A stretch of 38,016 nucleotides of DNA from Gemmatimonadales bacterium (GCA_035278325.1 DATEJD010000085.1:1-38016), one strand, 5' to 3'; positions 18,471 to 27,453 are shown, counted from the first letter of the stretch. Program-made: numbers and translations. The notes: generated by a model not told the origin, from the sequence alone.

Positions 18471-18863
18471 CTACCCCAGCGCCCCTGGCTTACTCCACTG
18501 CCAACCTACAATGCCGCCCACAAGCACGCCGGCGAGGATCGAGGCGCCTGGGTGGGAGTCGAGTCCATCCACCGCCACCGTGACCGCGCTGTAGACGGCC
18601 GGGCCAACCACTACACCGAGGACAAGCCCTCCCAGCCTTCCCCAGAGCAGGGGGCGGACGACCGCGAACAACAGCCCGCCTATCAGGCCTCCCAGGTAGT
18701 ACCCGCGGATCACGGACCAGGTTGACACGTGGTACGTGGGATTCCAGTCCGAGCCCCGAACGAGCGCAAGCACCCCGACGAACGCCGAGAACAGAGTGGC
18801 CAGGCCGAGGCCATAGAGCATGCCCCAACGGAAGCTGTGCGTGATGTTCGGGTCGCGGCGCAT
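18471..18863 (-). CDS. Membrane protein, unknown function (4 TM)
   Basis: Starts at ATG 18863 (MRRDPNITHSFRWGMLYGLGLATLFSAFVGVLALV...). Gly-rich TM helices. Confidence 0.5.
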   Translation of the reverse strand: MRRDPNITHSFRWGMLYGLGLATLFSAFVGVLALVRGSDWNPTYHVSTWSVIRGYYLGGLIGGLLFAVVRPLLWGRLGGLVLGVVVGPAVYSAVTVAVDGLDSHPGASILAGVLVGGIVGWQWSKPGALG

Positions 18864-18870
18864 GGCTCTC

Positions 18871-18897
18871 CTAGGCTGCACCTGCGCGTTCAGGCGG
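18871..18897 (-). repeat. Repeat-family copy U (overlaps the stop of 18890..19363 and reaches the next gene RBS)
   Basis: The minus strand reads ACCGCCTGAACGCGCAGGTGCAGCCTAGGAGAGCC. Compare copy G, GCTGCCTAACCCGCGCATGCAGCCGATAGGGCC. Confidence 0.65.
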
Positions 18898-19363
18898 TCC
18901 GCGCTTCCCACCAACCCAGCGGCCGGTCCTGACGATCGTAGACGTTCCCATACGTCCAGCTCGAGCCGCCCAGCTCCGCGACGGCCGCGTCCAGCTCCGT
19001 CTCGACCCGCGCAAACCCCGCGCTGACCGGGACGGTCAGAATCCGAAGCCTGGTGTTCCCGCCATCGAGGTAGCCGCCCAGCGATGTGGCCGCTCGACTG
19101 AGGCGCTCGTCAGTCTGGACGGGCGGTGGCTCGGGAACATAGACCCAGATGCACAACTGCCCTCCACGCCGAATCATGCGGTACCCCGTCGGGTCGGCCG
19201 GGGCGAGCTCCAGCTCATCGCCCGCCGCAACGCCCTCGACCAGTCCTGGAGAGGCCAGGAGCCGATAGCGGCCCCCGCCGAGCGGCTCTGCGGGCACGAC
19301 CTCCTCCACCGTCCGCTGCCCGGAACGGTCGAGGGCTGGGAGCCGGATCTCGTTCATCGACAT
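18890..19363 (-). CDS. DUF4265-like protein
   Basis: 157 aa: EPLGGGRYRLLASPGLVEGVAAGDELEL...IWVYV. The two-domain layout is recalled for DUF4265. The family assignment is from memory. Confidence 0.5.
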   Translation of the reverse strand: MSMNEIRLPALDRSGQRTVEEVVPAEPLGGGRYRLLASPGLVEGVAAGDELELAPADPTGYRMIRRGGQLCIWVYVPEPPPVQTDERLSRAATSLGGYLDGGNTRLRILTVPVSAGFARVETELDAAVAELGGSSWTYGNVYDRQDRPLGWWEARTA

Positions 19364-19373
19364 AGCGGGTGGG

Positions 19374-19730
19374 TTAGACGGCGCGCGCGACCGGTGCCGG
19401 GGCCAGGTCCGTCAGCTGCACCATGATGGCGGTCAACCCGGTGTCGCTGCCCTTGGCATGAACCTCCCCACGGCCGATAAACGCTCCCCGCCCGACACCG
19501 AGCGGCCGCGGCACCCCGTCGCCACCGCTGACCCAGCCGCTGCCGGCCACCACCAGGAAGAGCTGACCGAAGGTCGCTTCGTGAGGGCCGATGGCCCCGC
19601 CGGGCTCTATGCGGATGCAGTAGACATGACCCTCACCTCGGCCCTCGCCCAGCGGGAGTGCATAGGCCTCGTGGCTCTCGTAGACGGAGATCGCCGCCTC
19701 GTGACCGGGTGTGAAATCGAGTAGCTGCAT
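19374..19730 (-). CDS. Cupin domain protein
   Basis: 118 aa from ATG 19730. GGAIGPHEATFGQLFLVVAGSGWVSGGDG...GEVHAKGS is a cupin motif 1/2-like pattern. Confidence 0.7.
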   Translation of the reverse strand: MQLLDFTPGHEAAISVYESHEAYALPLGEGRGEGHVYCIRIEPGGAIGPHEATFGQLFLVVAGSGWVSGGDGVPRPLGVGRGAFIGRGEVHAKGSDTGLTAIMVQLTDLAPAPVARAV

Positions 19731-19762
19731 GGGCTGTGCTCCAAGCGAGACCTCGGTGGCGT

Positions 19763-19791
19763 CCGCCTGACATCCGCGCTCAGGCGGCAAC
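19763..19791 (-). repeat. Repeat-family copy N: short perfect hairpin variant
   Basis: CCGCCTGA-catccgcgc-TCAGGCGG: 8-bp perfect stem directly after the stop of 19791..20615. It shares tcaggcggcaac with copy A. Confidence 0.55.
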
Positions 19792-20615
19792 TAGCTCCTG
19801 ACCTCACGTATGAACCGCACCAAAGCCTGAAGTAGCTGAGCAAACCGATGCTCCTGCGCGGCGTCCGCTCCACGAAACAACAGCCATACGGAGTTGATTT
19901 CCAGCTGCACGGCAGGCACACCCATGCCAGCTACCCATTTCGTGACTGTCTGATTGGCGGAAGCCGCGAAGCGATCTTGGGAGAGGTTGGGGATTCCTTC
20001 GTTGCGTAGCGCTTCTGCGAGCCCGAGCAGAAGATCCGTGCGCCCGCGGAACGATTCTCCCCCCATGGTTCCGAAGTCGACATCGTAAGGCCTGCGCCAG
20101 TGCGATGCGTGCAGATCGATCACCAGCACCGGGTGGAGGCTATCGACGAGCGCGCGCAAGCGCCTCTTGAAGTCATTGTCATCGTAATAGTTCGGATCAA
20201 CAGGCGAGCGGTAGGCTGTATACAAGACGCTCGAGCCGGTCAGCCGTCCTAGTGTCACCGCCAGCGACCCGGAGCCAGCGTCCGCTTGCTTGATTTGACC
20301 TTCGCGGATCTGCGATGTTGCATGCGGAGCCACCAAGAGCACCCTGCCCGTGTCCAGCATCACCCTGAACCAATCTGCCTCCACGGGTGGGACCGAGTCG
20401 TAGCGAGTGGCGAGGCTGCTCTCTGCGGCGACCGCTTGAGCGACATCACCCGGTTCGATGACCGCGCGCGGAAAGACCCCCCTTGGCTCCTCCGGCCCTG
20501 CGGCCGGAGCCGGCGTGGATGCTGCTCGAGCGCAGGCGAGCATCAGGCTACAGATGACCGTCGATATGATGCACTGGAGAGCGGCGGGGATCAGGCGGCT
20601 CGCTCCCGCCGACAC
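19791..20615 (-). CDS. N-formylglutamate-amidohydrolase-family-like hydrolase, probable lipoprotein
   Basis: VLLVAPHATSQ...PVLVIDLHASHWRRPYDVDFGTMGG resembles the FGase fold (from memory). GTG 20615 gives a lipoprotein signal (RLIPAALQCIISTVICSLMLAC). ATG 20543 is an alternative start. The upstream part of track ORF ..20870 looks non-coding. Confidence 0.5.
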   Translation of the reverse strand: MSAGASRLIPAALQCIISTVICSLMLACARAASTPAPAAGPEEPRGVFPRAVIEPGDVAQAVAAESSLATRYDSVPPVEADWFRVMLDTGRVLLVAPHATSQIREGQIKQADAGSGSLAVTLGRLTGSSVLYTAYRSPVDPNYYDDNDFKRRLRALVDSLHPVLVIDLHASHWRRPYDVDFGTMGGESFRGRTDLLLGLAEALRNEGIPNLSQDRFAASANQTVTKWVAGMGVPAVQLEINSVWLLFRGADAAQEHRFAQLLQALVRFIREVRS

Positions 20616-20779
20616 TCCACGCAGACCAGTCGCTCCGCGAGCAGCACCCGCCAGCCTTGGAGCCACCCGTACAGATGCCGATCGCAGAGAATCCGGCCAC
20701 ACTGGGCACAGATCCCGCCACTCGATGGCGAGAATCGCGTCGAACACTTCTTGCACGTTAGAGCGGCGGTGGCTGTCAT
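20591..20779 (-). CDS. Small (62 aa) cross-brace zinc-finger protein with FYVE-like Cys spacing
   Basis: MTATAALTCKKCSTRFSPSSGGICAQCGRILCDRHLYGWLQGWRVLLAERLVCVECRRERAA. The spacing is CxxC-x11-CxxC-x4-CxxH-x17-CxxC. GAGG lies 8 nt upstream of the ATG. The stop lies in a GCCGCCTGA repeat-type sequence. Confidence 0.4.
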   Translation of the reverse strand: MTATAALTCKKCSTRFSPSSGGICAQCGRILCDRHLYGWLQGWRVLLAERLVCVECRRERAA

Positions 20780-21004
20780 TCCGAGCCTCGAGCAGAGATG
20801 GTGGCGCGAGCGCGAGTCTGCCTGATCCATTGCAGACGTACGCTGCGAGACGCGGACCTGCGCGCACCACATGATGTCGGTCGGGAACAGGTCCAATCTG
20901 CTGCCGGCCGGCCTCAGGCCGTCAGGCCCAGTTTGCGACAGCAAGGGGCCAAAATGCGACAACCGCGTTCCAGTATGATACGACTGAGAGCCTCCAAACC
21001 ACCC

Positions 21005-21448
21005 TCACTGCCGCCAGGCGCTTCGCCTGGTGAAGAAGTACCCCGCCACGCACCAGTCGTACGCCGCGCAGAAGCCACCATACGCGAGCGGAATGTCCGT
21101 GAGCTGGCCGGCGCCGCCAGACGCGGAGCCGAGGTGCACCGCCGCCTCGTGCACCAGGTCCCAGGCCCCATGGAGCGCGTAGCCCAGGATGAGCAGCGCG
21201 GGAAGCCGGAGTCCCAAGAGCCCGAGAACGGTGAAGACCGCGACCGCGTAGGCTTCGGGCCGGAGCGCGGAGGAGTCGCCGAAGTACCCGACGAAGACCA
21301 CATACATGCCGGCGACCGGAATGAGCAGCAGCGCAAAGAAGACCTGCTCGACGCGAGGCGAGAACCGCGACCTGGTGATCGTCACCGTGCCGATGGCAGC
21401 CAGCACGCCAATCACGACGTACCACGAGATGATCACCGTCAGCGCCAT
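21005..21448 (-). CDS. Membrane protein (4-5 TM), unknown function
   Basis: MALTVIISWYVVIGVLAAIGTV...LILGYALHGAWDLVHEAAV...; hydrophobic throughout. Confidence 0.6.
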   Translation of the reverse strand: MALTVIISWYVVIGVLAAIGTVTITRSRFSPRVEQVFFALLLIPVAGMYVVFVGYFGDSSALRPEAYAVAVFTVLGLLGLRLPALLILGYALHGAWDLVHEAAVHLGSASGGAGQLTDIPLAYGGFCAAYDWCVAGYFFTRRSAWRQ

Positions 21449-21478
21449 GGCTGCGTCCCGGGATGAGTCATTGGGTGG

Positions 21479-21850
21479 TCATCGGGCCCGGCGGGCGAGC
21501 ACGAAGGCGGCGGTCAGAAGCAGGTGGATCACCAGGAACAGCTTGGCCTGTGGGCGCGCGCTGCCGCTGAACACGCCCCAGATGTCGTTCGCGGTGACGC
21601 AGGCGAAGCCGACGATGTTGCCGGTGACGATCGCGTTGCGGGTCGCGGACGGCTCGGCGTTTCGCGCCAGCCAGTTCATGACTGCGATCCCCACCATCGG
21701 ACCGCCCAACAGCCGGAAGAGGGTGAGCAATGCGGGTGACGCGTCGGGGGGAATGGCGTCGACGCCGAACTGCCGGGGCACGAGCATCAGTCCGATGCCG
21801 AGCAGGCCGAGGTAGATCGCCGAGACCGTCAGGACTGTCTTGAGCTTCAT
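21479..21850 (-). CDS. Small membrane protein (4 TM), unknown function
   Basis: MKLKTVLTVSAIYLGLLGIGLMLVP...; its start overlaps the stop of the upstream DUF488 gene by 4 nt. Confidence 0.6.
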   Translation of the reverse strand: MKLKTVLTVSAIYLGLLGIGLMLVPRQFGVDAIPPDASPALLTLFRLLGGPMVGIAVMNWLARNAEPSATRNAIVTGNIVGFACVTANDIWGVFSGSARPQAKLFLVIHLLLTAAFVLARRAR

Positions 21851-22395
21851 GCGTGCGGTAGCCTCCGGGGTGCAGCGCTGGCGGCATAGCTGAGCCGTCC
21901 GCGAACGATCCGCGCCGCGGCCGTGTACGGGTGCGGCGCCGTCGAGCCTGGTCCCAGGATGTGGATGACGTCGAACCGGTACCAGCGGAGCACATCAGCA
22001 ATGAGCCCGCGGTGACACCGCCACCACACCGCCTCGGCGCACATGACGGCGCTGCGGAGCCCGCACGCCAGGTTTACCAGCCGGTCCAGCCCCTCGGCGA
22101 AGGCTTCCGTCATCATGTAGTCCGCGTAGCCGCGGAAGGCTGCGCTGCGCCACGCCGTGTTCGGTGAGTCCGCTCTCGGCGAGCGCCGGCCGCCAAGCTC
22201 CGGCAGCCACTGGTAGACGAGCCCGTGCAGTTCGAGCGCCTCTGCGAGTGGCTCCCGGGCGAAGTGGGGCCATCGCCGAGAGCAGGGATAGCGCCGGACG
22301 TCGGCCACTGCCTCGATATCGTTCTGCGCGAGGATTCCGAGAAATTCCTCGAAAGGTCGCGTAGAATGCCCGATCGTCCATACGGATTCAGCCAT
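21847..22395 (-). CDS. DUF488 domain protein
   Basis: VWTIGHSTRPFEEFLGIL...VADVRRYP...LMCAEAVWWRCHRGLIADVL is characteristic of DUF488. Confidence 0.8.
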   Translation of the reverse strand: MAESVWTIGHSTRPFEEFLGILAQNDIEAVADVRRYPCSRRWPHFAREPLAEALELHGLVYQWLPELGGRRSPRADSPNTAWRSAAFRGYADYMMTEAFAEGLDRLVNLACGLRSAVMCAEAVWWRCHRGLIADVLRWYRFDVIHILGPGSTAPHPYTAAARIVRGRLSYAASAAPRRLPHA

Positions 22396-22451
22396 TTCTA
22401 CCTGTATAGCCCCTGCTTGCGCTCACGATCCCATTCACGCCGCCTCGATCA

Positions 22452-23057
22452 CTATGCCGGACAACGGCGTGCTCCCGACGACCGCCCACCGGCCGCGTGC
22501 TCGATCGCTTGGGATACCTGATCCGCCATCCAGGCCCCGCCCCGCTCGGCGAGCTTGGCCGCGAGCTCGGGGGTCAGCTCGATGCCCTTGAGCTCGACGA
22601 TTCGATTGCTGATGACCAGGGTATCCCGGACCCGCACCACCTGGGCTTGGAGATCGGTCACCCATGGGCTCGCCCGGTTCAGCCGGGGGATGATCACCCA
22701 GTCCGCCTCCGATGGGCCGACGAGGTGCACCGCCACGTCCGGGTGCGCGTAGAGATACCCCGCTCCAAGCTCGGCCGCCGCCTCCGCCGCGGAGTCCACT
22801 GGCACGACCTGGTAGCCGCAGTCAGTGGCCAGACGCTGGCGCAATGCGTCGCCGAGGACCCGGAGCCGATTCGGAAGGTCCGGGTTGGGGGGCTGGTTCG
22901 CCAGATTGTTCAGCGCGATGGTCAGGACCGCGACGCGCACGGGGGGTGAAGGCGCGAGGCTGATGCCCAGGGCCAGCGGCAAGATTCCGATAAGGGACAG
23001 GTAGCGTGCCGGTGTCAACGGACCTCCTGAGATAGGCTCCGGCCCTTCATGGGGCAC
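22452..23057 (-). CDS. Hypothetical secreted or membrane-anchored protein
   Basis: N-terminal hydrophobic segment YLSLIGILPLALGISLA. No confident family. Confidence 0.45.
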   Translation of the reverse strand: MPHEGPEPISGGPLTPARYLSLIGILPLALGISLAPSPPVRVAVLTIALNNLANQPPNPDLPNRLRVLGDALRQRLATDCGYQVVPVDSAAEAAAELGAGYLYAHPDVAVHLVGPSEADWVIIPRLNRASPWVTDLQAQVVRVRDTLVISNRIVELKGIELTPELAAKLAERGGAWMADQVSQAIEHAAGGRSSGARRCPA

Positions 23058-23129
23058 TCACCACGAGTGTCTCCGCCTGGACCATTCCGGGACGGCTCCC
23101 ACGCGCCTCCGCCGCCCTCGACAGCACCT

Positions 23130-23933
23130 CTAGCGCCGTACTCGGTCCGTCGGCCCCGGCTTGCGCGCGTACCCGATGTAGGAGACCGAGCTGTCGGAGC
23201 TTTCGCCCACATCCATCTCCCGGACAGCGGCCGCATGGCTGAGAAGGCCTCGCTTGCGCCGGCGCAGGGTTCGAACCAGGCGGAGCGGGTTAGCCCGAGG
23301 CTTGAGCCCGGTCAGCCCGCCCGGCACAAGACCCTGGTGCTTCAACTCCTGCCGGAGCTCGGCTGGGCGAATGAACATATGCCAGTCATGCAGGCGCGGC
23401 GGCATCAGGGCGGTCCACCGCCACTCTTGCAGCAGCTTGATCATGATCAGCCGGCTCCGGCGGGTGCGGTTGATGGTATCGTAGAAGTACGTTCCCCCGG
23501 GCCTGAGCACGCGAGCGGTTTCCGCGATGACCCGCCGCCAGTCGGTCACATGCTCCAGCACATCACAGCAATACACGATATCGAAGCTTTCGTCCCCGAA
23601 GGGGAGCGCCTCCCCCACCGCACACTGGTACCCAATGGCAAGCCGTTGACCGGCGGCACGAGCCCGGGCCGCCGCCAGCGACTCGACGGATGGGTCCACT
23701 CCCATGACAGCGCAGCCCAGGCGGGCGAACTCCTCTGCCAGCAACCCCCCGCCACAGCCGATATCCAAGGCGCGTAGGCCGGCTGGTGGCAGCCGCAGCT
23801 CGTCAACGAGCACGCGCCGCATGTAGCCGAACCGTGCGGGATTGAGGGCGGCCAGCGTGTGCAGCAACCCGCTCTCGTCCCACCAGCCTTCGGCCATCCG
23901 ATCGTATATCGCGTTGTCTACAGGCATCAGCAC
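23130..23933 (-). CDS. Class I SAM-dependent methyltransferase (UbiG-like)
   Basis: YDRMAEGWWDESG...LNPARFGYM...ALDIGCGGGLLAEEFARLGCAVMGVDPS (motif I)...VYCCDVLEHV...LRPGG. Confidence 0.8.
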   Translation of the reverse strand: MLMPVDNAIYDRMAEGWWDESGLLHTLAALNPARFGYMRRVLVDELRLPPAGLRALDIGCGGGLLAEEFARLGCAVMGVDPSVESLAAARARAAGQRLAIGYQCAVGEALPFGDESFDIVYCCDVLEHVTDWRRVIAETARVLRPGGTYFYDTINRTRRSRLIMIKLLQEWRWTALMPPRLHDWHMFIRPAELRQELKHQGLVPGGLTGLKPRANPLRLVRTLRRRKRGLLSHAAAVREMDVGESSDSSVSYIGYARKPGPTDRVRR

Positions 23934-24160
23934 CGACGCCAGGGTGTGATATCACGGGGAATCTACCTGGACGGAATCTCGCAGCTCCGTGCGCGGGTTC
24001 GACAGCGGCGCCGCTCTGGAGTCCCGGGCAAAGTGAGAACGATCGCCGGTTCCGCTCGTCATTCCCTGGGGTTGGCCGCCTCGACCGGGGCTGGCCCGCG
24101 CCGGCGCCAGCGCCGCGCACATACTCAGAGCCTTCAGGTCCTTTCCCATTGGAGAGCCTC

Positions 24161-24841
24161 ATGCCCCGTTCCGCGTCCCGGCTCGTCACGATCGGTTTCC
24201 CCCTCCTGCTCGCCGCCTGCGGCGACGAACCCGTGCCGCCCAGCGCGCCCAGGGCGGAGATCACGGCGCCCGCCCTTCGGGTGACGGCCCAGGCGGCCAA
24301 CCACCTCCGGCTCCAGATCAAGGACCGAGCGGCGAACGCCAGCTTCAGCAGCGTGGACCCGTCGGGATGCGTGGAGACGTTCGTGTTCGTGTTCGGCTCG
24401 AACGAGACGTTGAAGGAAGGGCCCGGGAAGCCGGGCACCGGACCGCTCGCCGTCGTCCAGCTCTCCCAGTTCGACTTCTGCAACAACACGTTGGGGGAGT
24501 TTTTCGGCATCGCCGAGGATGCGGCGTTCGAGGTGAGCAGGAAGCTCGACCAGGCGCACCTCAAGGCGACGGTTCCCGGATTCGTCGACGAGACCGGGGT
24601 GGAGACCTCGGCGGTGGTAGACCTGACCTGGACCGGCGCGGGCGAGCTCTTCAGCGAAACCGATCGCTCGCGGGTGAAGTTTCCCGGCTCGATGCTGACC
24701 CAGTGGTTCAAGGGCACCTTCCGCGCCGCGCAGATCTCTGGCACGGTGACGGTGGGCAAGCAGAATCTCGCGGCCGATCCGCTGGACGCCCTGATCATCC
24801 GCGCCACGCAGGGCAGCCTCGAGGTGGTGCGGACGCGGTAG
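24161..24841 (+). CDS. Lipoprotein, unknown function
   Basis: GGAGAG lies 5 nt before ATG 24161. Signal MPRSASRLVTIGFPLLLAACG. Confidence 0.6.
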   Translation: MPRSASRLVTIGFPLLLAACGDEPVPPSAPRAEITAPALRVTAQAANHLRLQIKDRAANASFSSVDPSGCVETFVFVFGSNETLKEGPGKPGTGPLAVVQLSQFDFCNNTLGEFFGIAEDAAFEVSRKLDQAHLKATVPGFVDETGVETSAVVDLTWTGAGELFSETDRSRVKFPGSMLTQWFKGTFRAAQISGTVTVGKQNLAADPLDALIIRATQGSLEVVRTR

Positions 24842-24957
24842 GCGATCTCGCGATCAATACGGGGCGACGTCGTCGAAGGCGACACCCGCGCGATCCTTTC
24901 GAGATCCCGGATGTGGCTGAGACGACGATCGCCCCCGGTCCTCTCCCGAGGACCTGC

Positions 24958-25431
24958 CTACCCGCGCACAGCCGCTTCGATGGTGGCGATATCGATCTTC
25001 TTCATCGGCAACATCGCCTCGAACGCCCGCTTGGCCGCGGAGCCACCCCTGGCGAGACTCTCGGTCAGCACCCGCGGAGTGATCTGCCAGCTCACGCCCC
25101 ATTTGTCCTTGCACCAGCCGCACTGGCTTTCCTGCCCGCCATTGCCGACGATCGCGTTCCAGTAGCGGTCGGTCTCGGCCTGATCGTCGGTCGCGACCTG
25201 GAAGGAAAAGGCCTCGCTGTGCTTGAAGTGGGGCCCGCCATTGAGGCCGATACAGGGTATGCCCGCGACGGTGAATTCGACAATCAGGACATCGCCCGCT
25301 TTGCCGTCGGGATAGTCAGCCGGCGCACGGTGGATGGCGCCGACGCTGCTTTGCGGAAAGGTTTTGGCGTAGAAGCGCGCGGCCTCCTCCGCATCGTGGT
25401 CATACCACAGGCAGATCGTGTTCTTAGCCAT
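24958..25431 (-). CDS. VOC-superfamily protein, PhnB / 3-demethylubiquinone-9 3-methyltransferase-domain type
   Basis: MAKNTICLWYDHDAEEAARFYAKTFP...VEFTVAGIPCIGLNGGP...DRYWNAI...CGWCKDKWGVSWQI. Confidence 0.8.
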   Translation of the reverse strand: MAKNTICLWYDHDAEEAARFYAKTFPQSSVGAIHRAPADYPDGKAGDVLIVEFTVAGIPCIGLNGGPHFKHSEAFSFQVATDDQAETDRYWNAIVGNGGQESQCGWCKDKWGVSWQITPRVLTESLARGGSAAKRAFEAMLPMKKIDIATIEAAVRG

Positions 25432-25521
25432 TGTGATGAACTCCGCTTCCGATCAGAGAGAAAACTGAACAGCCCGCACCCAAGCAAACGGAGCAGGGAT
25501 GAGCCCACGTGAACGCAGCCG

Positions 25522-25560
25522 GCCACCCCCGCCTGCCGGCCCCTTTGCGGGTCAGGCGGC
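25522..25560 (-). repeat. Repeat-family copy A (supplies the stop codon of 25552..25926)
   Basis: Plus strand: gccacccccgcctgccggcccctttgcgggtcaggcggc. The minus strand contains GCC GCC TGA then CCCGCAAAGG. An internal 7-bp stem CCGCCTG/CAGGCGG is present. Confidence 0.7.
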
Positions 25561-25926
25561 AACCTGCTTCAACTCCACACTGATTACCCGGATGTCAGCG
25601 CTCCCGACATTCTCCAGCGAGTGCGGACCCAGGGCCTCCGACCAGAGAACCGAGGCTGGCGCAGCCAGCCCGGGGGCCGATCGGGAATCGAGGATGACGG
25701 TGCCCTGGGCGTCGCGTCGGATGAACGCGCTCCAGCTGAGCACGTAGAGCACGCTCGGCCAGCGGTGGGTATGCACTGGCACAAGCTCACCCGGGCCAAT
25801 GCGGGTGTCGAGCACGCGCACTCGGTCGTTTTCCAGCAGGAGCGTATGATGCCGGGGCGCCGCAGCCAAGGCGTCCAGTTCCGCCGGCCACGGCCACTCC
25901 GAAGCGATCGACGTCTGGGGGGTCAT
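25552..25926 (-). CDS. Cupin domain protein
   Basis: 124 aa from ATG 25926, with a GGAGGA RBS. RVLDTRIGPGELVPVHTHRWPSVLYVLS...GPHSLENVG. Confidence 0.65.
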   Translation of the reverse strand: MTPQTSIASEWPWPAELDALAAAPRHHTLLLENDRVRVLDTRIGPGELVPVHTHRWPSVLYVLSWSAFIRRDAQGTVILDSRSAPGLAAPASVLWSEALGPHSLENVGSADIRVISVELKQVAA

Positions 25927-25976
25927 TCCGAGCCATCCTCCTGTGCGTGCCACATGGCCGCGCCTCGGGCTGGCAT

Positions 25977-26384
25977 CTACTTGAACTTCACCTTCGCGAT
26001 CTCCGGGTTCGGCGTGAACCCGTCCCCGAAATCCTCGACGTCCATCAGCTTGCGGATCTCGATCACTACCTCGCTGTTCGGGCAGATTCTCGGCGCGCGC
26101 TTGACCCACTCGATCGCTTCTTCCTTCGATTGCACCTTGATGATCGAGAACCCTGCGACGAGCTCTTTCGTCTCGGTGAATGGGCCGTCGATGACGGTGC
26201 ACTGGTCGCCGCTGAACTTCAGGCGCGCGCCCTGCGAGCTCGCGGTGAGCCCCTCGGCGGCGAGAAGGACGCCAGCCTTCACGGCCTCCTCGTTGTACCG
26301 CTGCATCGCGGCGAACGCTTCTGGCGTCGGGGGTGGGCCCGCTTCGGATTCCTTCGTTGCCATGCCCATGACGATGAAACGCAT
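25977..26384 (-). CDS. YciI family protein
   Basis: 135 aa from ATG 26384, with a GGAGAG RBS. MRFIVMGMATKESEAG...MQRYNEEAVKAGVLLAAEGL...VIDGPFTETKELVAGFSIIKVQSKEEAIEW. Confidence 0.8.
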   Translation of the reverse strand: MRFIVMGMATKESEAGPPPTPEAFAAMQRYNEEAVKAGVLLAAEGLTASSQGARLKFSGDQCTVIDGPFTETKELVAGFSIIKVQSKEEAIEWVKRAPRICPNSEVVIEIRKLMDVEDFGDGFTPNPEIAKVKFK

Positions 26385-26588
26385 TGCGCTCTCCTGAAGT
26401 CGGTACATGCCGGTTGCCGCGCCTTTCGCGGCCTCACTAACACGTCGAACGAGACCGGTCAAAATCGACACGAGCCTCGAGAAAGCCGTCAACTGGCGGG
26501 GTCCAAAGAACTTGGCGTCATCCCGAGGAGGTCGCCCTCCGCGGGGTTCAGGCGCCGCACTCGCGGTCTCCGTCCGTGCACGCCAGAC

Positions 26589-27104
26589 TCAGCGAGACAA
26601 GTCCCAGATTAACAGGTCCGCTTGTCGCTCCGGCGTGTGCGCCAGCCAGAAGGTCTGCGCCGGAATCACGGCTTCGTAGCGCCGCATGGGCTGGTCGTCT
26701 TCTGGCTGGGAACCCTGTACTTGTACACTGACCGCGGCGTAGCGCGGCACATTGTCGAACCGGTAGCGACCGGACTCATCGGTCTGGGTGCGGGCGATCA
26801 CGACCGCACGCCTGGCCGGCGGCCCAAATGGGGCCACGGCTTCATCCCATCGGCGAAGTTCGACCGTAACGCCGCGCGCGCGCTCACTAAAGCCACCTCT
26901 GCGCTCCTGCCGGGCCAAACCCATCGCAGGATCGACGTAGACGTAGCCCCACACGATCGCGGTCGCCTTCGGATCGATCCGCATGTCGCGCGGGGTAGTT
27001 GAGGGTTCAGTGCCTCCAGTGCAGCCGAGGACCACCAGAAGCGCGGCGGCGCTTCCCCAGGCAATCGGCCAATTCCGACGAGGCCTTCGGAGCAACGTGG
27101 TCAT
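26589..27104 (-). CDS. Carboxypeptidase-regulatory-like-domain lipoprotein
   Basis: Signal AAALLVVLGC. VWGYVYVD...GVTVELRR...TQTDESGRYRFDNVP...VSVQV is a CarboxypepD_reg-like beta-sandwich pattern. Confidence 0.55.
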   Translation of the reverse strand: MTTLLRRPRRNWPIAWGSAAALLVVLGCTGGTEPSTTPRDMRIDPKATAIVWGYVYVDPAMGLARQERRGGFSERARGVTVELRRWDEAVAPFGPPARRAVVIARTQTDESGRYRFDNVPRYAAVSVQVQGSQPEDDQPMRRYEAVIPAQTFWLAHTPERQADLLIWDLSR

Positions 27105-27252
27105 TGAACTCCTTCGAGGCGCCTGAGCACCCTCCTCATCGAGGATGCGCTCGGCCGGCAGTACCGCCGGCGCTATTAACCACTGTCACCTATGTCTTCG
27201 GACTTAACTGTCACCCATGTCCTGGACTGTTCAGCGTGCACCGATGTTCAGA

Positions 27253-27453
27253 TCAGATCTGCCTCTCGACCCGGCGCTCCAGGCGAAAGGCCCAGACGGC
27301 GAGCGCTGCCGGGATGAGGAGGCCGACGACGGAGAGCCAGAGCGGCACGACCCATCGGCCTAGCTCGGCCGGCACGCGGTACAGGAGCCGAAGAAGGTGG
27401 CCCAATGCGATTAGACCGAACAAGGTACCGGAGACTCGCAGATAGTACTTCAT
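27253..27453 (-). CDS. Small membrane protein (66 aa, 2 TM)
   Basis: MKYYLRVSGTLFGLIALGHLLRLLYRVPAELGRWVVPLWLSVVGLLIPAALAVWAF, from internal ATG 27453. Confidence 0.5.
   Translation of the reverse strand: MKYYLRVSGTLFGLIALGHLLRLLYRVPAELGRWVVPLWLSVVGLLIPAALAVWAFRLERRVERQI

Noticed and set aside
24955-24978. Possible inverted repeat-family fragments overlapping gene ends (gcctacccgcgcacagccgc at 24958; gcgctaacccgcc at 31993-32005; cacgccgcctcgatcactatgccggacaacggcgtg at 22436-22471; gtgcgcgggttcgacagcg near 23990)
   Set aside because: The matches are short (9-12 nt cores) and of a composition expected by chance in GC-rich DNA. They were not counted as copies.
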